This document shows, in pieces, positions 33,067 to 43,984 of a DNA stretch of 64,000 nucleotides. A program made the position numbers and the translations under genes. The number at the start of each line of letters is the position of its first letter. Within the stretch, counting starts at the first letter, position 1. This DNA is from Blastocystis sp. Blastoise (taxonomy: Eukaryota; Protista; Bigyra: Opalinata). A model generated the notes under the pieces. The model was not told where the DNA came from. It saw only the letters and a list, made by a program, of their open reading frames with translations, and did no database searches. The stretch covers positions 1,178,001-1,242,000 of the forward strand of contig JBBPEB010000034.1 in NCBI GenBank assembly GCA_039096225.1, written 5' to 3'.

Positions 33067-34495
33067 ATTACTTTTTTTATTTATTCATTATTTATATATA
33101 AATAGTTATTGTGGTATACAAGATTAGTGGCTATTATGTATCTATATTATTCCGTATAAATTTTATTAACATATACATATATTTATATTTATATATATAT
33201 ATATGTATAGTATTCTATTCTGAGTTATGTACATCATTTTTTATTATATATAAATAAGGTATATAGTTTTATATATATTTTTATATTAAATTATAATCCC
33301 CTCTAGATAATTTATTTTATTGTTTTATAATTCATATAATTATTATTATTATTAATATTTATTATATATTCATCCTATATGTATAAATATATTTAATAAC
33401 TATCACATTATATGTGTTTATTTTTATTTATTTAGTTTTATAAGTTATATATATATATATATATATACTTAGAGATATATGTATATAAATTATTATTATG
33501 TATTATTTATTTTTATTATATTATTACCATAATATGTCTATTTGCTTACATATGTATATATAGTTGTTTTATTTCATATTCAAACGTTGCTTTAGTGAAC
33601 AAATATATATATTTATATATGATATTATAGAATTATTTTGTATTCATTATATATATATATATATTATGCATTAATTTTTACATGTTTGTTATACTTAATA
33701 TATATATATATATGTAATTATTTTATATCTATATATATACATATATATATATAGATATCATTGATATTAATATTCAAAGTATATATATATAAACATATAT
33801 AGACTTATATATAGTATTTTATATGTATTCATATTATAATATATTATGTATAGTTTAATAGTTATATGTAAGTCATCCTTTTATGTTTCTTATGAATTTA
33901 TATAAATATAGTTCTTTAATTCTGAATATGTATATATTATTATATATATCATCTTATTCTATATATATATATATATTATGTATTTTTTATTTAATATAAA
34001 AGATAATATTTTGTGTATTTAATATTTTATATCAATTATTCTTCTATTTAACTCTTTTATATCATTTATCTTTCTACAACTTTATTATTTATTATCTTTT
34101 TTAAATACCATATACCTTATAATTTATTATACGTACATAAAGTAATAGTCATAGCGCTTCTTTATGTATGTTTTATTCAATTATGTTAGTATATGTATTG
34201 TGGTATATATGTATATTAATTGTCGTTTATTTATATATCGTTTTGTATTTATTTTGAAATAAAGATTATATACATATAGTTATTATGTATATATATATAT
34301 ATATATATATATAACATTATTGATGTGAGCAATTTATTTTTCGTAATATATATTAAGTCTACTTCTCTTATATATAAATATATCTAATAATTTACTATAT
34401 GTTTTCCAACTTTATATATATATATATGTATTTACTATTTTCTATTATTATTATATATATATTGCTAATGAAATTAAGATATTGTCCAGGTAAGA

Positions 34496-34526
<31 letters not shown>

Positions 34527-35068
34527 TTGTTTTTATTCTTATAAGTATTATGTTCTTATATTATATTTAGATATGTTTTTTTCTTTTTGTTATTTTTTTT
34601 TAATTATACTGTAAATATAAATACATAACTTTCTACTCTGCTTATTACTTCTTTTATAGTATATATCTATATTTCTTTCTATAAATATGTCATTCATCTA
34701 TATGCTATTATATATATTTTAGAATCCAAGCTCCTAATAGAAACTACTATAATTAATGATGATACAACCTTTTTGGTATATACATATTTATACTATTATT
34801 AGTTTTTTATAACTTATTATGTAATATTTTATTAATATTTTAACCAAATTTATTTATATATTATTATTCATTTTCTTTATTCTCTAACTATTTATAGAAC
34901 ATATCCTTAGCTTGTCTCCTATGTATATATGGCTTTAAATATATATATATATATATTATATTCTCTTTTTATATCTCTGATACATTATACTTATCACATA
35001 TTAATAGTTATCTTTTATTATAAGGTTTTTATTATATAGATTATTATTAATAGGTATAATGGAGTATT

Positions 35069-35100
<32 letters not shown>

Positions 35101-35175
35101 TATAATTATATAATTATATTTTGGGTTTTTGTCTGTTAAACATATATACATGGTTATATTCAAATAATTAATATT

Positions 35176-35243
35176 CCTTAGACTGAATATGGTTAGTAAC
35201 AATCATTAATAGATTGTTATCAGGTTCAATTCCTGATCTAGGG
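35176..35243 (+). ncRNA. tRNA-like cloverleaf, copy 1
   Basis: CCTTAGA/TCTAGGG stem; CTGA-ATATGG-TTAG arm; TAACAATC-ATTAATA-GATTGTTA arm; TCAGG-TTCAATT-CCTGA T-arm. Confidence 0.7.
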
Positions 35244-36256
35244 TCATATATTATATTTTTTATAAAAAAATTTAAATATTTTTCTCTATAGATATTCTCA
35301 TTCATTAGAACCAGTATGAAAGGGTATATTGAGTTTCATGTAATTGAATAAACTCTATACATCGTTAGTCGCTCTTCTATATTGTTTTTAAATACCTTTA
35401 CTTAAAACCAAACACATTCACAATTACATTCGCCTATAATTTTCTATTCAATAATTTATTTTGTTAATCATTCTTCTAATCAATTCTACACACAAATAAA
35501 AAATAAATATTCATCAATAACACCTTGAAGTCTATAAACACGCAATGCATTCTTTGTCTATACTCTTAAAAAGCATTTCTACTGTTTATATTAACATGAT
35601 TGACACAAATAATCTATTCTAACATTTATAAACTACTTTCAAAACTTTTAAAGAACCTTGACAAATCTACATTACCTAGAAAACTATTATAATTAACTTT
35701 AGTTTATATAGGTCATAATTAAATTCAAATTACTAATAGAAAATTAAAATAACGACATTCTAACTCAATATATCAACTAGAAAAATCAATTGTGTTTGTA
35801 ACTTCTCTAAAATTGAATTAATTAGTGAAATATGTATTTAAATTAATGTTGAATTTAAATTCAAACACACACAAACTCACCTTTTCTGACAGTTCTACAC
35901 ATTTAGGCAATCTAGTGACTATCATATAATCGACTAATTTTTGTTGTCTTCATCAAGTCTAGTGATTTCCTCATGACCATAACCATTAATTTCATTTTAT
36001 GTAACACTCTATAAATAATTAATCAATTAACTAATTTTATTTACATAAATACATACTCCATCAACAACAAGAAGACATCATGAGTAAGAATAACGGTTTA
36101 AAGTATTTAAATAAAATAATAAATAATAAAAAATAGAAATATTAAGATTTCAATAAAATTTAATAAGTTAATTTATAGTGAAGTTTCAATAATCATATAA
36201 AAAATATGATTAATTTCGTTTTTGTATGTTTTAAGTATATATTTATCTATATATAG

Positions 36257-36638
36257 GCCCTAGGAGTATAGTAGAGTACCTTCCAGTCTCCATTGGCAGA
36301 TTGATCTGTTGTGCTATGTTCTCTTTCTCTATGGTGAGCTTGTCTGAGTGGTGTAAAGTGGTTGAGCTAGATGGTCTGCTATTGTATTGTGGTTTAAATG
36401 GGATGATGTGACGTCACCATACAAAACTATTTCTTTAGGCTTTCTCACTGAGTAGCAATTGATCGGTTATATTAACTGAGCGTGGCTTGATACTTTCAAA
36501 AAAAAAATTACTTAATTGGATAAATAGATTGGTCTTAAATTACAGAGAAGCATGGATCTCTTCACTTAATCACTACCTATACAACTCAAATGCTTATAAT
36601 TAGAGTTAGTTTGTATTAGTCATATTCAGATTCTAGAT
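36257..36638 (+). pseudogene. GC-richer exon-like remnant with stops and frameshifts
   Basis: Bounded by atatag| and |gtatat. Composition differs from the surroundings. No long open frame. Confidence 0.4.
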
Positions 36639-36921
36639 GTATATATTTTCTGTATTTATTTTCTTTATAATTATAATTATAATATTATATAGTATTTATA
36701 TAAGCTATTATATAGTTATTAAGCCTAGTTCTTGTTCTTCTTGTCACTAACTTCTTGGTTTTTCTTATTTATGTATATATATATATATATATAATTGACT
36801 TCTTTTATTTTGCTTATATATTATTATTTTCTTTATTATTAAGAATAAATTTTGTTCATATTTATTATTAGTTTAATTCAATATATGTATAGACTTATTT
36901 CTATTCTTCTCTTTTTTTATT

Positions 36922-36961
<40 letters not shown>

Positions 36962-36999
36962 TATATAGGCAAAACTTTTATATATTTGTTTTTTTTCAT

Positions 37000-39430
37000 T
37001 CTTATTTTCTCCTCTTGTCCTGAATTGGCCTTGTTCTCCTCTTCTCTCTTCCATTCATCTACTCTTCTAGTTTTTACTCAATTTTATTCTTATGCTCTTA
37101 TGTTATATAGAACAGTTATTGTTTTTCTTAATATTACTTTATAGTATGTTTTATTTCATGTTCTTCTATTCTATATTCTAGTTTTTCCTTCACTTTCTTC
37201 TTTCCTCCATTAATTATTACTGGTTCTTCTTCTCCTATCATTACATACTCTCTTCATTTCAATCTCTTTATCATGATCATCTTCTTTTTCATTTCCTTCT
37301 ACTTTTCCTTTTCCTATTCTTCTTCTCCATTTCCTTCTATATTATTACTTCTTTTTCTCATCTTCTTCCAATTATACTTTCTTTATTTCTTATTCATTTT
37401 AATTATTCATCTACACGTTCTTTCTTTATTACTTCTTCTTCTATATATCCTTATTCTCTGTCCCTTTGTTCATTCCCTTCTCGTTCTTCTTCATCTATTT
37501 ATCCTTCTTCTATTTATCCTTCTTCTATTTATTTTAATTCTGAATCACCTTCTTTCTCTCTCCTTCTGTTTCTTCTTCTTCTATTTGATCTTATTTTTCT
37601 TCTTCTCTTCTTCTTCTCTTTCTATACATTCTTCTTCTATATATTCTTTATCTCCTATCTTCTTCATCTGTATTTTCTCTTCTATTTATCCTTATTCTTA
37701 TTCTACATTTTCTCCATATCATTCTCCTCCTATATCTTCTATACCTCCTTTATCTCCTTATTCTTCGTCTATGTCTTCTATTCTTCTTCATCTTTTTTCT
37801 TCTTCTATATATGTATTCTACTTATTCTTCTCTATCATCGTTTATATATCTTTCTTCTATATTTTCTGCATCTACTTCTTCTTCTATATCTTCTATTTAT
37901 CATTATTTTCCAACATATTTTTCTATTGTACTTCTTCTTTTCTCTTCCTTCTCCTTCTTTTCTATATCTTCTGTTTATCTTATTCTTCGTCTATATATAA
38001 TTATTCTCTTTATTCTTCTTCTTTATATATATATTCTTCTTTTTCGATATATTCTTTTTTTTCTTTTCGCTCTTTTCCTTGTTCTCCTTCTCAATCTCCT
38101 TCTCTTCATTGATATCCTTCTTCTTCTTCTATTCATCTTTTTCTCCTTCTCCTTCTTCTTCTTCTCCTTCTCCTTCTTCTTCTTCTTCTTCTTCTACTTC
38201 TCCTTCTCCTTCTTCTTCTTCTTCTTCTTCTTCTTCTATTCATCTTCTTCTCCTCCTCTGTCTCCTTCTCCTTCTTCTTCTATTCATCATCATCATCATC
38301 ATCATCTTCTTCTTCTTCTTCTTCTTCTTCTTCTTCTCCTATTCATATTTCTTCTTCTTCTTCTTCTTCTTCTTCTTCTTCTTCTTCTCTTTCTTCTTCT
38401 TCTTCTATTCATCTTTCTTCTTCTATTCATATTTCTTCTTCTTCTTCATTTAATCCTTTTCTCCTCCTCTGTTTTCTTCTTCTTCTATTCATCTTCATCT
38501 CCTTCTCCTTTTCCTTCTATTCATCATCTTCTTCTTCTCTTTCTCCTTCTACTTCTTCTTCTCTTTCTCTTTCTTCTTCTTCTTCTTCTTCTTCTATTCA
38601 TCATCATCATCATCTTCTTCTTCTATTCATCTTTCTTCTTGTTCTTCATTTAATCCTTCTTCTTCTTCATTTAATGCTTCTTCTCCTCCTCTGTCTTCTT
38701 CTTCTATTTATCCTTCTTCTCTTTCTATTCTCCTATATATCCTTTATCTCCTGTTTTTCCTTCTCAATCTCCTTCTCTATATCTCTTTCTTTTTATCCTT
38801 TTTCCACTTTTTCTATATTTTTTGCTTCTTATCTTTCTATATCTTCTCTATATCATTCCTCTCCTTCTTCTTCAGCATCTTCTTTTTATATCTTATAATT
38901 GTTTCCTCTTTATATTATTCTCATTTTATTCCATTTCATCTATTTTTTTTTATCTAATTATTTTCAATATTTATTATACAGAATATCATTTATATTTAAT
39001 GTTTTTCACTTTCATTATCTTTTCCATATACATTATAGTCTTATTTGCTTTTCCTACATCTTCACTTGTTCTTCTTATGTGTATTCTCCTCATATTTTTA
39101 TTTCTTTTCTAATAGATTTTCCTTTATAGTTCTTCTAACTCTTCTCTACCTTCTTTCTTCTTTTTCTCTTCTACATGATTTTCTATTCTTCATCTTTCTT
39201 TTTTCTTTTTTATCTTCTTATCTTATTATCTATATGTGCTTCCTCTTCCTCTAATTCTTCTTTATACATATAAATTCTTTTCGCTCTTTATCCTTCTAAT
39301 CAATTCCTTCTTCTTCTCATTTAATTAATATTATTCTTCTTCTTAATTTATTTTCTCTTATTCTTCTTATTCTTGTCTTTAATTTTTTTCTATACACAGT
39401 TCCTGTCTTTTATTATCTTTTATATCTATA
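37000..39430 (+). repeat. Pyrimidine-rich low-complexity tract (TTC, TTCTCC, CAT units)
   Basis: About 2.4 kb dominated by T/C on the + strand, the compositional complement of 26620-30860. Confidence 0.95.
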
Positions 39431-39665
39431 TATCTATTTTCTCTTCATATTTTAATTATTTCTATCTGTTATACTAATTAATCTAATATTTATTTTTTAT
39501 TAATAAAAAGATTTTCCAATTTTTATTTCTTATTTATACTTATTATTTCATTAATTTATATACTACTTATTTATATATTTATTTTATATATTTTAATTTA
39601 TATATATATATATATATATATTGGATATTATGTATTTTAATATTATTATCATTATTATTATTACT

Positions 39666-39731
39666 CTTATGCTCTAGAAGGTGAGAGGCTATCATAATTA
39701 GATAGCAATCAGGTTCAACTCCTGACATAAG
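39666..39731 (+). ncRNA. tRNA-like cloverleaf, copy 2
   Basis: CTTATG/CATAAG; CTCT-AGAAGGTG-AGAG; GCTATC-ATAATTA-GATAGC; TCAGG-TTCAACT-CCTGA. Confidence 0.7.
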
Positions 39732-41034
39732 TCATTCCTTATATATATATATATATATTTTTATTTAATAAAAGTTTTAATTATATGTTCTTTTTACACT
39801 TATGAATGCATTTATTAAATTATTTATAGCTCTTCATCCTTCAAAACTTCATAGTTTCTGAAATGAGTTGTAATCTGTTTTATTCTCAACAGTGTATCGT
39901 ATTCAAAATATGTTAGAATTGAGTTAAATGCAGTTTTAAAACTTAGATTCATTTTTTATTTTCAAAATATACTCAAATACAGAGTCTATTTAGCAATCAT
40001 TAATACTTTAGCAACTGTAGTTTATTATTTTAAACTGAATTCTGGTCAGTATGCTCAACATAAGCAACCAAACACAACACATACACATTCATGATTTTTA
40101 AACAACATTTTCCATTTCGACATTTACTTGATCCATTATAAAACTATCTGTCCTTTTGATATAGTATCGAGAAACTAATATCATATACCAAACAAAACTT
40201 GTTAACTTGAATCTCGTCATCTATTAAATACTTTTCTTAATCAATTCACAGTTCATACTCTTAAAACAGTTATTTGAGATTAATATTTATATGTTTGTCT
40301 TTAAACAATGTAACTATGACATTGTAATAGTATATATGAAAATATAAAGAATCAACAAATCTGTTAATTATCAAAAAATAAGTTCTATTTTCTAAAAACA
40401 TCTTTATAATATTTATAAACTCATATACTATAAATACATAGATCTTATATAAAGTATTCATTGAGTAAATTAATTTGTCAGTAAATTAAAAGTATGTTAT
40501 ATAACGTAATTCTATGTTATCTTTTTAATGAAGTTTATTTCATAGCTGTTTATGGCTTATTTGTCTATCAAACTTATTTTTTAAAACAATTACAGACAAT
40601 TATGTTATGATCCTTGTCTATATTGTTATTCTATTGAATTAATAGTATAAATACAAGTTATATAACAAAATAAATGTATATATTGATTAAAATAAGGAAT
40701 GAATATAAATAAATAAAAATAGATAAAATTGCCAAAAAGCAAATTCTTAGAATTATATAGTACAATAAACGAACTTCTAATAGAAACTTAAAAATCGATT
40801 GATTGGATCAAATTGTCAAATCCTAACGTCATAATATGAATTATTCTTTTAATTTTTTATTAATTTAAATTCTAGAAATACATCTAATAAACACGGTTAT
40901 TATATAAATTAATACGATTGGACAATGAAATCAAAATGTTAACAGATATTTTTGGGTATTTCTACCAAATCATACAAAAAATTGGGTATGTATACAAATC
41001 AATAGGGAAATCTGGGTATTTCTAACATTTTTCC

Positions 41035-41255
41035 TTTTTTTTATCACAGAATATTTATTTTTATTAATTTTAGAACCTTGTTTTGCATCTAAATATTATA
41101 AAAATAAAATTTAAAACTCTAAAAAAAAATAATTTTATTACTTTCTTTAGTTTTTGGACCTGGCTTTATTTTTGGAGGTCTTCCAGGTTTCCTATGTTTT
41201 TTTGAATTTTTTGAAACTTTGAAACTTGTAGATTCCTGAGAATTTATTGATTCTA
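41035..41255 (-). repeat. Middle segment of the hAT right TIR
   Basis: Reverse complement of about 21910-22130. Confidence 0.95.
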
Positions 41256-41849
41256 CAAGATTGATTGTTAAACATCATTACTATATATATGAGAATAGGC
41301 AAAAAAATTCCCATTGGTCAGTTTTTGGAAAATGCATTTGATTGGCTAAGGTATACTATAGTTTGTAGCCTCAACTCCTCTAAACTTACGGGGAGTTAAC
41401 TTTTGGTTGAAACACAGTTCAATACGATATAACGTGTAGTTTTGCAACATATATTTGGATAAGCGATATTGTTTATAATTAAAAAGTTATTAATAAAAGA
41501 ACAGAAAATATGATTTTTGAGTCGTTTTTGATTGGCTCTTTGGGATGACCCCGATAAAAATTGTTGACCAGACAATTGGAAAATAAACATGGGGTAAACT
41601 TGATTTTTTCTCAATCCCACAATATACGTTATCCGTGTTTATTCTTTATATTTATCTATTTTTTAATACTTTTTCATATTGAACACGTGAGGCCTTAACG
41701 GTCAAATTTAGATTCTCAATTTGACATCATATTCTGATTCAGGAGGTCAAAAAACCTAGGTGTACCAATTTTGAGCTCCTGAGGACGATTTTTGAGTGAT
41801 CGATATTTTCTTCGATCTTCTTATAATTGACTAATATTGTAGTATTGTA

Positions 41850-43330
41850 ATCAATGGATCCTCAAACTACTATAGTTAAAACAAAGTTTTAAAATAACGA
41901 GTTTGAGTGTCACAATTTTGAAAAGTGTGAATTAAGTGGTCTTAGAGTAAGAGATTCAATATAATGACTTTTAATTAGTAAACTAGACTTATAACTCTAT
42001 ACTATGTTAAAAGAAGAGTCAAAATTATGAAGGTCAAAGTGTATGAGCAAATGACAAAATGTGTCTTAAAAAGTAAAAGGGTTTCTATATGTGTTTAGAA
42101 TCATATATTAAGTTTATTTTATGAATAAGAGCTTTAAATAAATAGTTTAAGGTTGTCAAATTTAAAAGAATGTGTAAAACATAGTCTTAGACTATGAATA
42201 AAAAATTTAGAGATATTAATTAGTATACAGCTGTAGTAGCTCTACAACATATCAAAAGTACAGTTAAAATAATTTTTAGAGAGTGGATGTGTGAAGGGTT
42301 GTGACTATTATTTAAAATTTATTTTTACTTCAGTTTATGTTAAATCGTGAATTTCGTGCACTGTAGAAAAATTGAGTCAAAAAATCAACTCTAAGGGTCA
42401 TAAATTTAAAAAAATGTAAAAATGAGTGACTTAGAGGACGAGATTCAATATTTGAGTGTTTATTCATTAAACTAGAGTGTATGAGCTATATTATGTTAAA
42501 AGGAGGGACAAAAATATTTTGATCAAAGTGTATGACCAAATGGTAAAGTGTCTTTAATAAGTCTAAAGTGTTGACTAATGTGCTCATATTGTCATATAAA
42601 GTCTACTATGTAAATATTAGCTTTTAAAAATATGTTTAAGCCTTTCAATTAGTAAAAATATGTTCAAAGTAAGTGATAAAATGAGAATTTTAAGAAACGA
42701 GATATTATTTAGTATATACTAAGACACGCTCTATAACATATCAAAAATATAGCAAAATCTATTTTTAGAGAGTGGATGTGTAAAGGGTTGTGAGAGTTAT
42801 TGAAAAAATATTTTTCACTCAGTTTATCCAAAATGACGTTTTTGGAACACTGTAGAAAAATTAACTTCAGAAATCAACTCTAAGGGTCTTAATTTTTAAA
42901 AATGTGAAAATGATTGACTTAGAGGACGAGATTCAAAATTCCCTCTCACTTTCATATAACTAGACCACACACTCTATATTATGTCAAAAGGAGGGAAGAA
43001 AATATTTTGGTCGAAGTAAATGAGCAAATGCAAAAGGTTTATAAAATGTCTTAAAGTGATGACCAATGTGTAGCTATGGTCATATTAAGTAAAGTGTGTA
43101 AATATTAGCATTTAAAAATGAGTTTAAGTGTCTTAACTTTTCATAATGTGTCAAGAAGGGTCTTTAAGAAAGAGATTCAAAACATTTGCTTTTATTTAAT
43201 AAATTGTATAATAAACTCTATACTATATCAAAAGACTGACGGAAATTATTCTGATACAGTGGATCTTGAATGGGTAAAGTCTCTTTAAAAGTTACTATTT
43301 TGAGTTATTTATGTTAAAATCATTATTTGA
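41850..43330 (+). repeat. Tandem array inside the Helitron: ~244-bp monomers arranged as ~489-bp dimers (about 3 dimers)
   Basis: GACTTAGAGGACGAGATTCAA near 42428 and 42917, with a variant near 41940. AGAGTGGATGTG near 42280 and 42768. A CTATA(C/T)TAT(G/A)T(T/C)AAAAG-like motif recurs about every 244 bp from 41998 to 43217. Confidence 0.8.
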
Positions 43331-43703
43331 GACGAATATAAAAATATTAACTTTTTAAATAATGTTTTAGTTGTCAAAGTGACAATGAATGTTGACTTTG
43401 TTATACTAAAAACTTCAAAATTCTTTTAAGAAGTATTAAAATGAGTTAAAATTATTTTATTACGTTTATTTAAATGAATTTTATGAATTAAAAATTACTC
43501 AAGAGTACTTCACATTATGACTCATTTCTAAAGTTATTGACTTTAAAAACTCAAAGAATGTTTTAAACAGTTGTTTAATTATTACTAAATATAAAATATA
43601 TTTAAAAAATAAATTGTTGTGAAAAAATTGACTTAGAAAGTGATTTTAATTAAAAAATAATTTTTTCTCTTTTTTAATTTCTTATTTAAAAAGTCTAAAA
43701 TAA

Positions 43704-43771
43704 TCTTATATCAGGAATTGAACCTGATTACAATCATAAAATAATTGTAACTCTCCATATAGAGTATAAGA
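43704..43771 (-). ncRNA. tRNA-like cloverleaf, copy 3 (inside the Helitron)
   Basis: Minus strand: TCTTATA/TATAAGA; CTCT-ATATGG-AGAG; TTACAATT-ATTTTAT-GATTGTAA; TCAGG-TTCAATT-CCTGA. Confidence 0.7.
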
Positions 43772-43984
43772 AATTAATATTTAATAAATAATAAATAATA
43801 TATATAATATATAATATATAATATATAATATATAATAAATGACTCATATTAAAAACTATATATATATAATATATAAGATAAAAGATAATAAATATTTTTT
43901 ATATACTCTTTATGCAGCCGCGGTCCGGGGCCGTTAGGCACTGGACCTGCGGCGTGACCCTAGTATTTTATAATAATAATATAC

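Larger units (their letters stand above)
24853..41034. mobile_element. Non-autonomous Mutator-like (Pack-MULE-like) element, 16.2 kb, nested in the hAT right TIR
   Basis: 9-bp duplication TTTTTTTTA at 24844-24852 and 41035-41043; the left arm has one copy. Termini GAGGCATTGTTAGAAATACCCA and (reverse complement) GGAAAAATGTTAGAAATACCCA. A subterminal AAATACCCAA-type motif occurs 4 times at left and 3 times inverted at right. Confidence 0.85.
41275..43963 (+). mobile_element. Non-autonomous Helitron (2.7 kb)
   Basis: 5' end TCATTACTATATATATGAGA. GC-rich 3' hairpin at 43917-43953 followed 6 nt later by CTAG. Inserted between A (41274) and T (43964) with no TSD. No Rep/helicase ORF. Confidence 0.9.

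Noticed and set aside
35176-35243. Calling the cloverleaves canonical tRNA-Leu/Ile/Lys genes
   Set aside because: No U8-N9 connector, essentially no variable loop, over-long anticodon stem, and different loop centres among related copies.
36541-36556. TACAGAGAAGCATGG resembling the U6 snRNA ACAGAGA box
   Set aside because: Lacks the intervening ATTAG and the rest of the highly conserved U6 sequence.
36257-36638. In-frame TAA/TAG/TGA as evidence for an alternative genetic code or RIP-like C-to-T mutation
   Set aside because: Stop density is what AT-rich non-coding DNA would give. Intact genes here use TAA, TAG and TGA as normal stops.
37273-39254. Overlapping L/F/S-rich ORFs on the + strand
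   Set aside because: Same artefact in the pyrimidine tract.
41850-43330. CRISPR-like repeat-spacer array
   Set aside because: Eukaryotic context. Whole units are homologous tandem copies rather than short repeats with unique spacers, and there are no cas genes.
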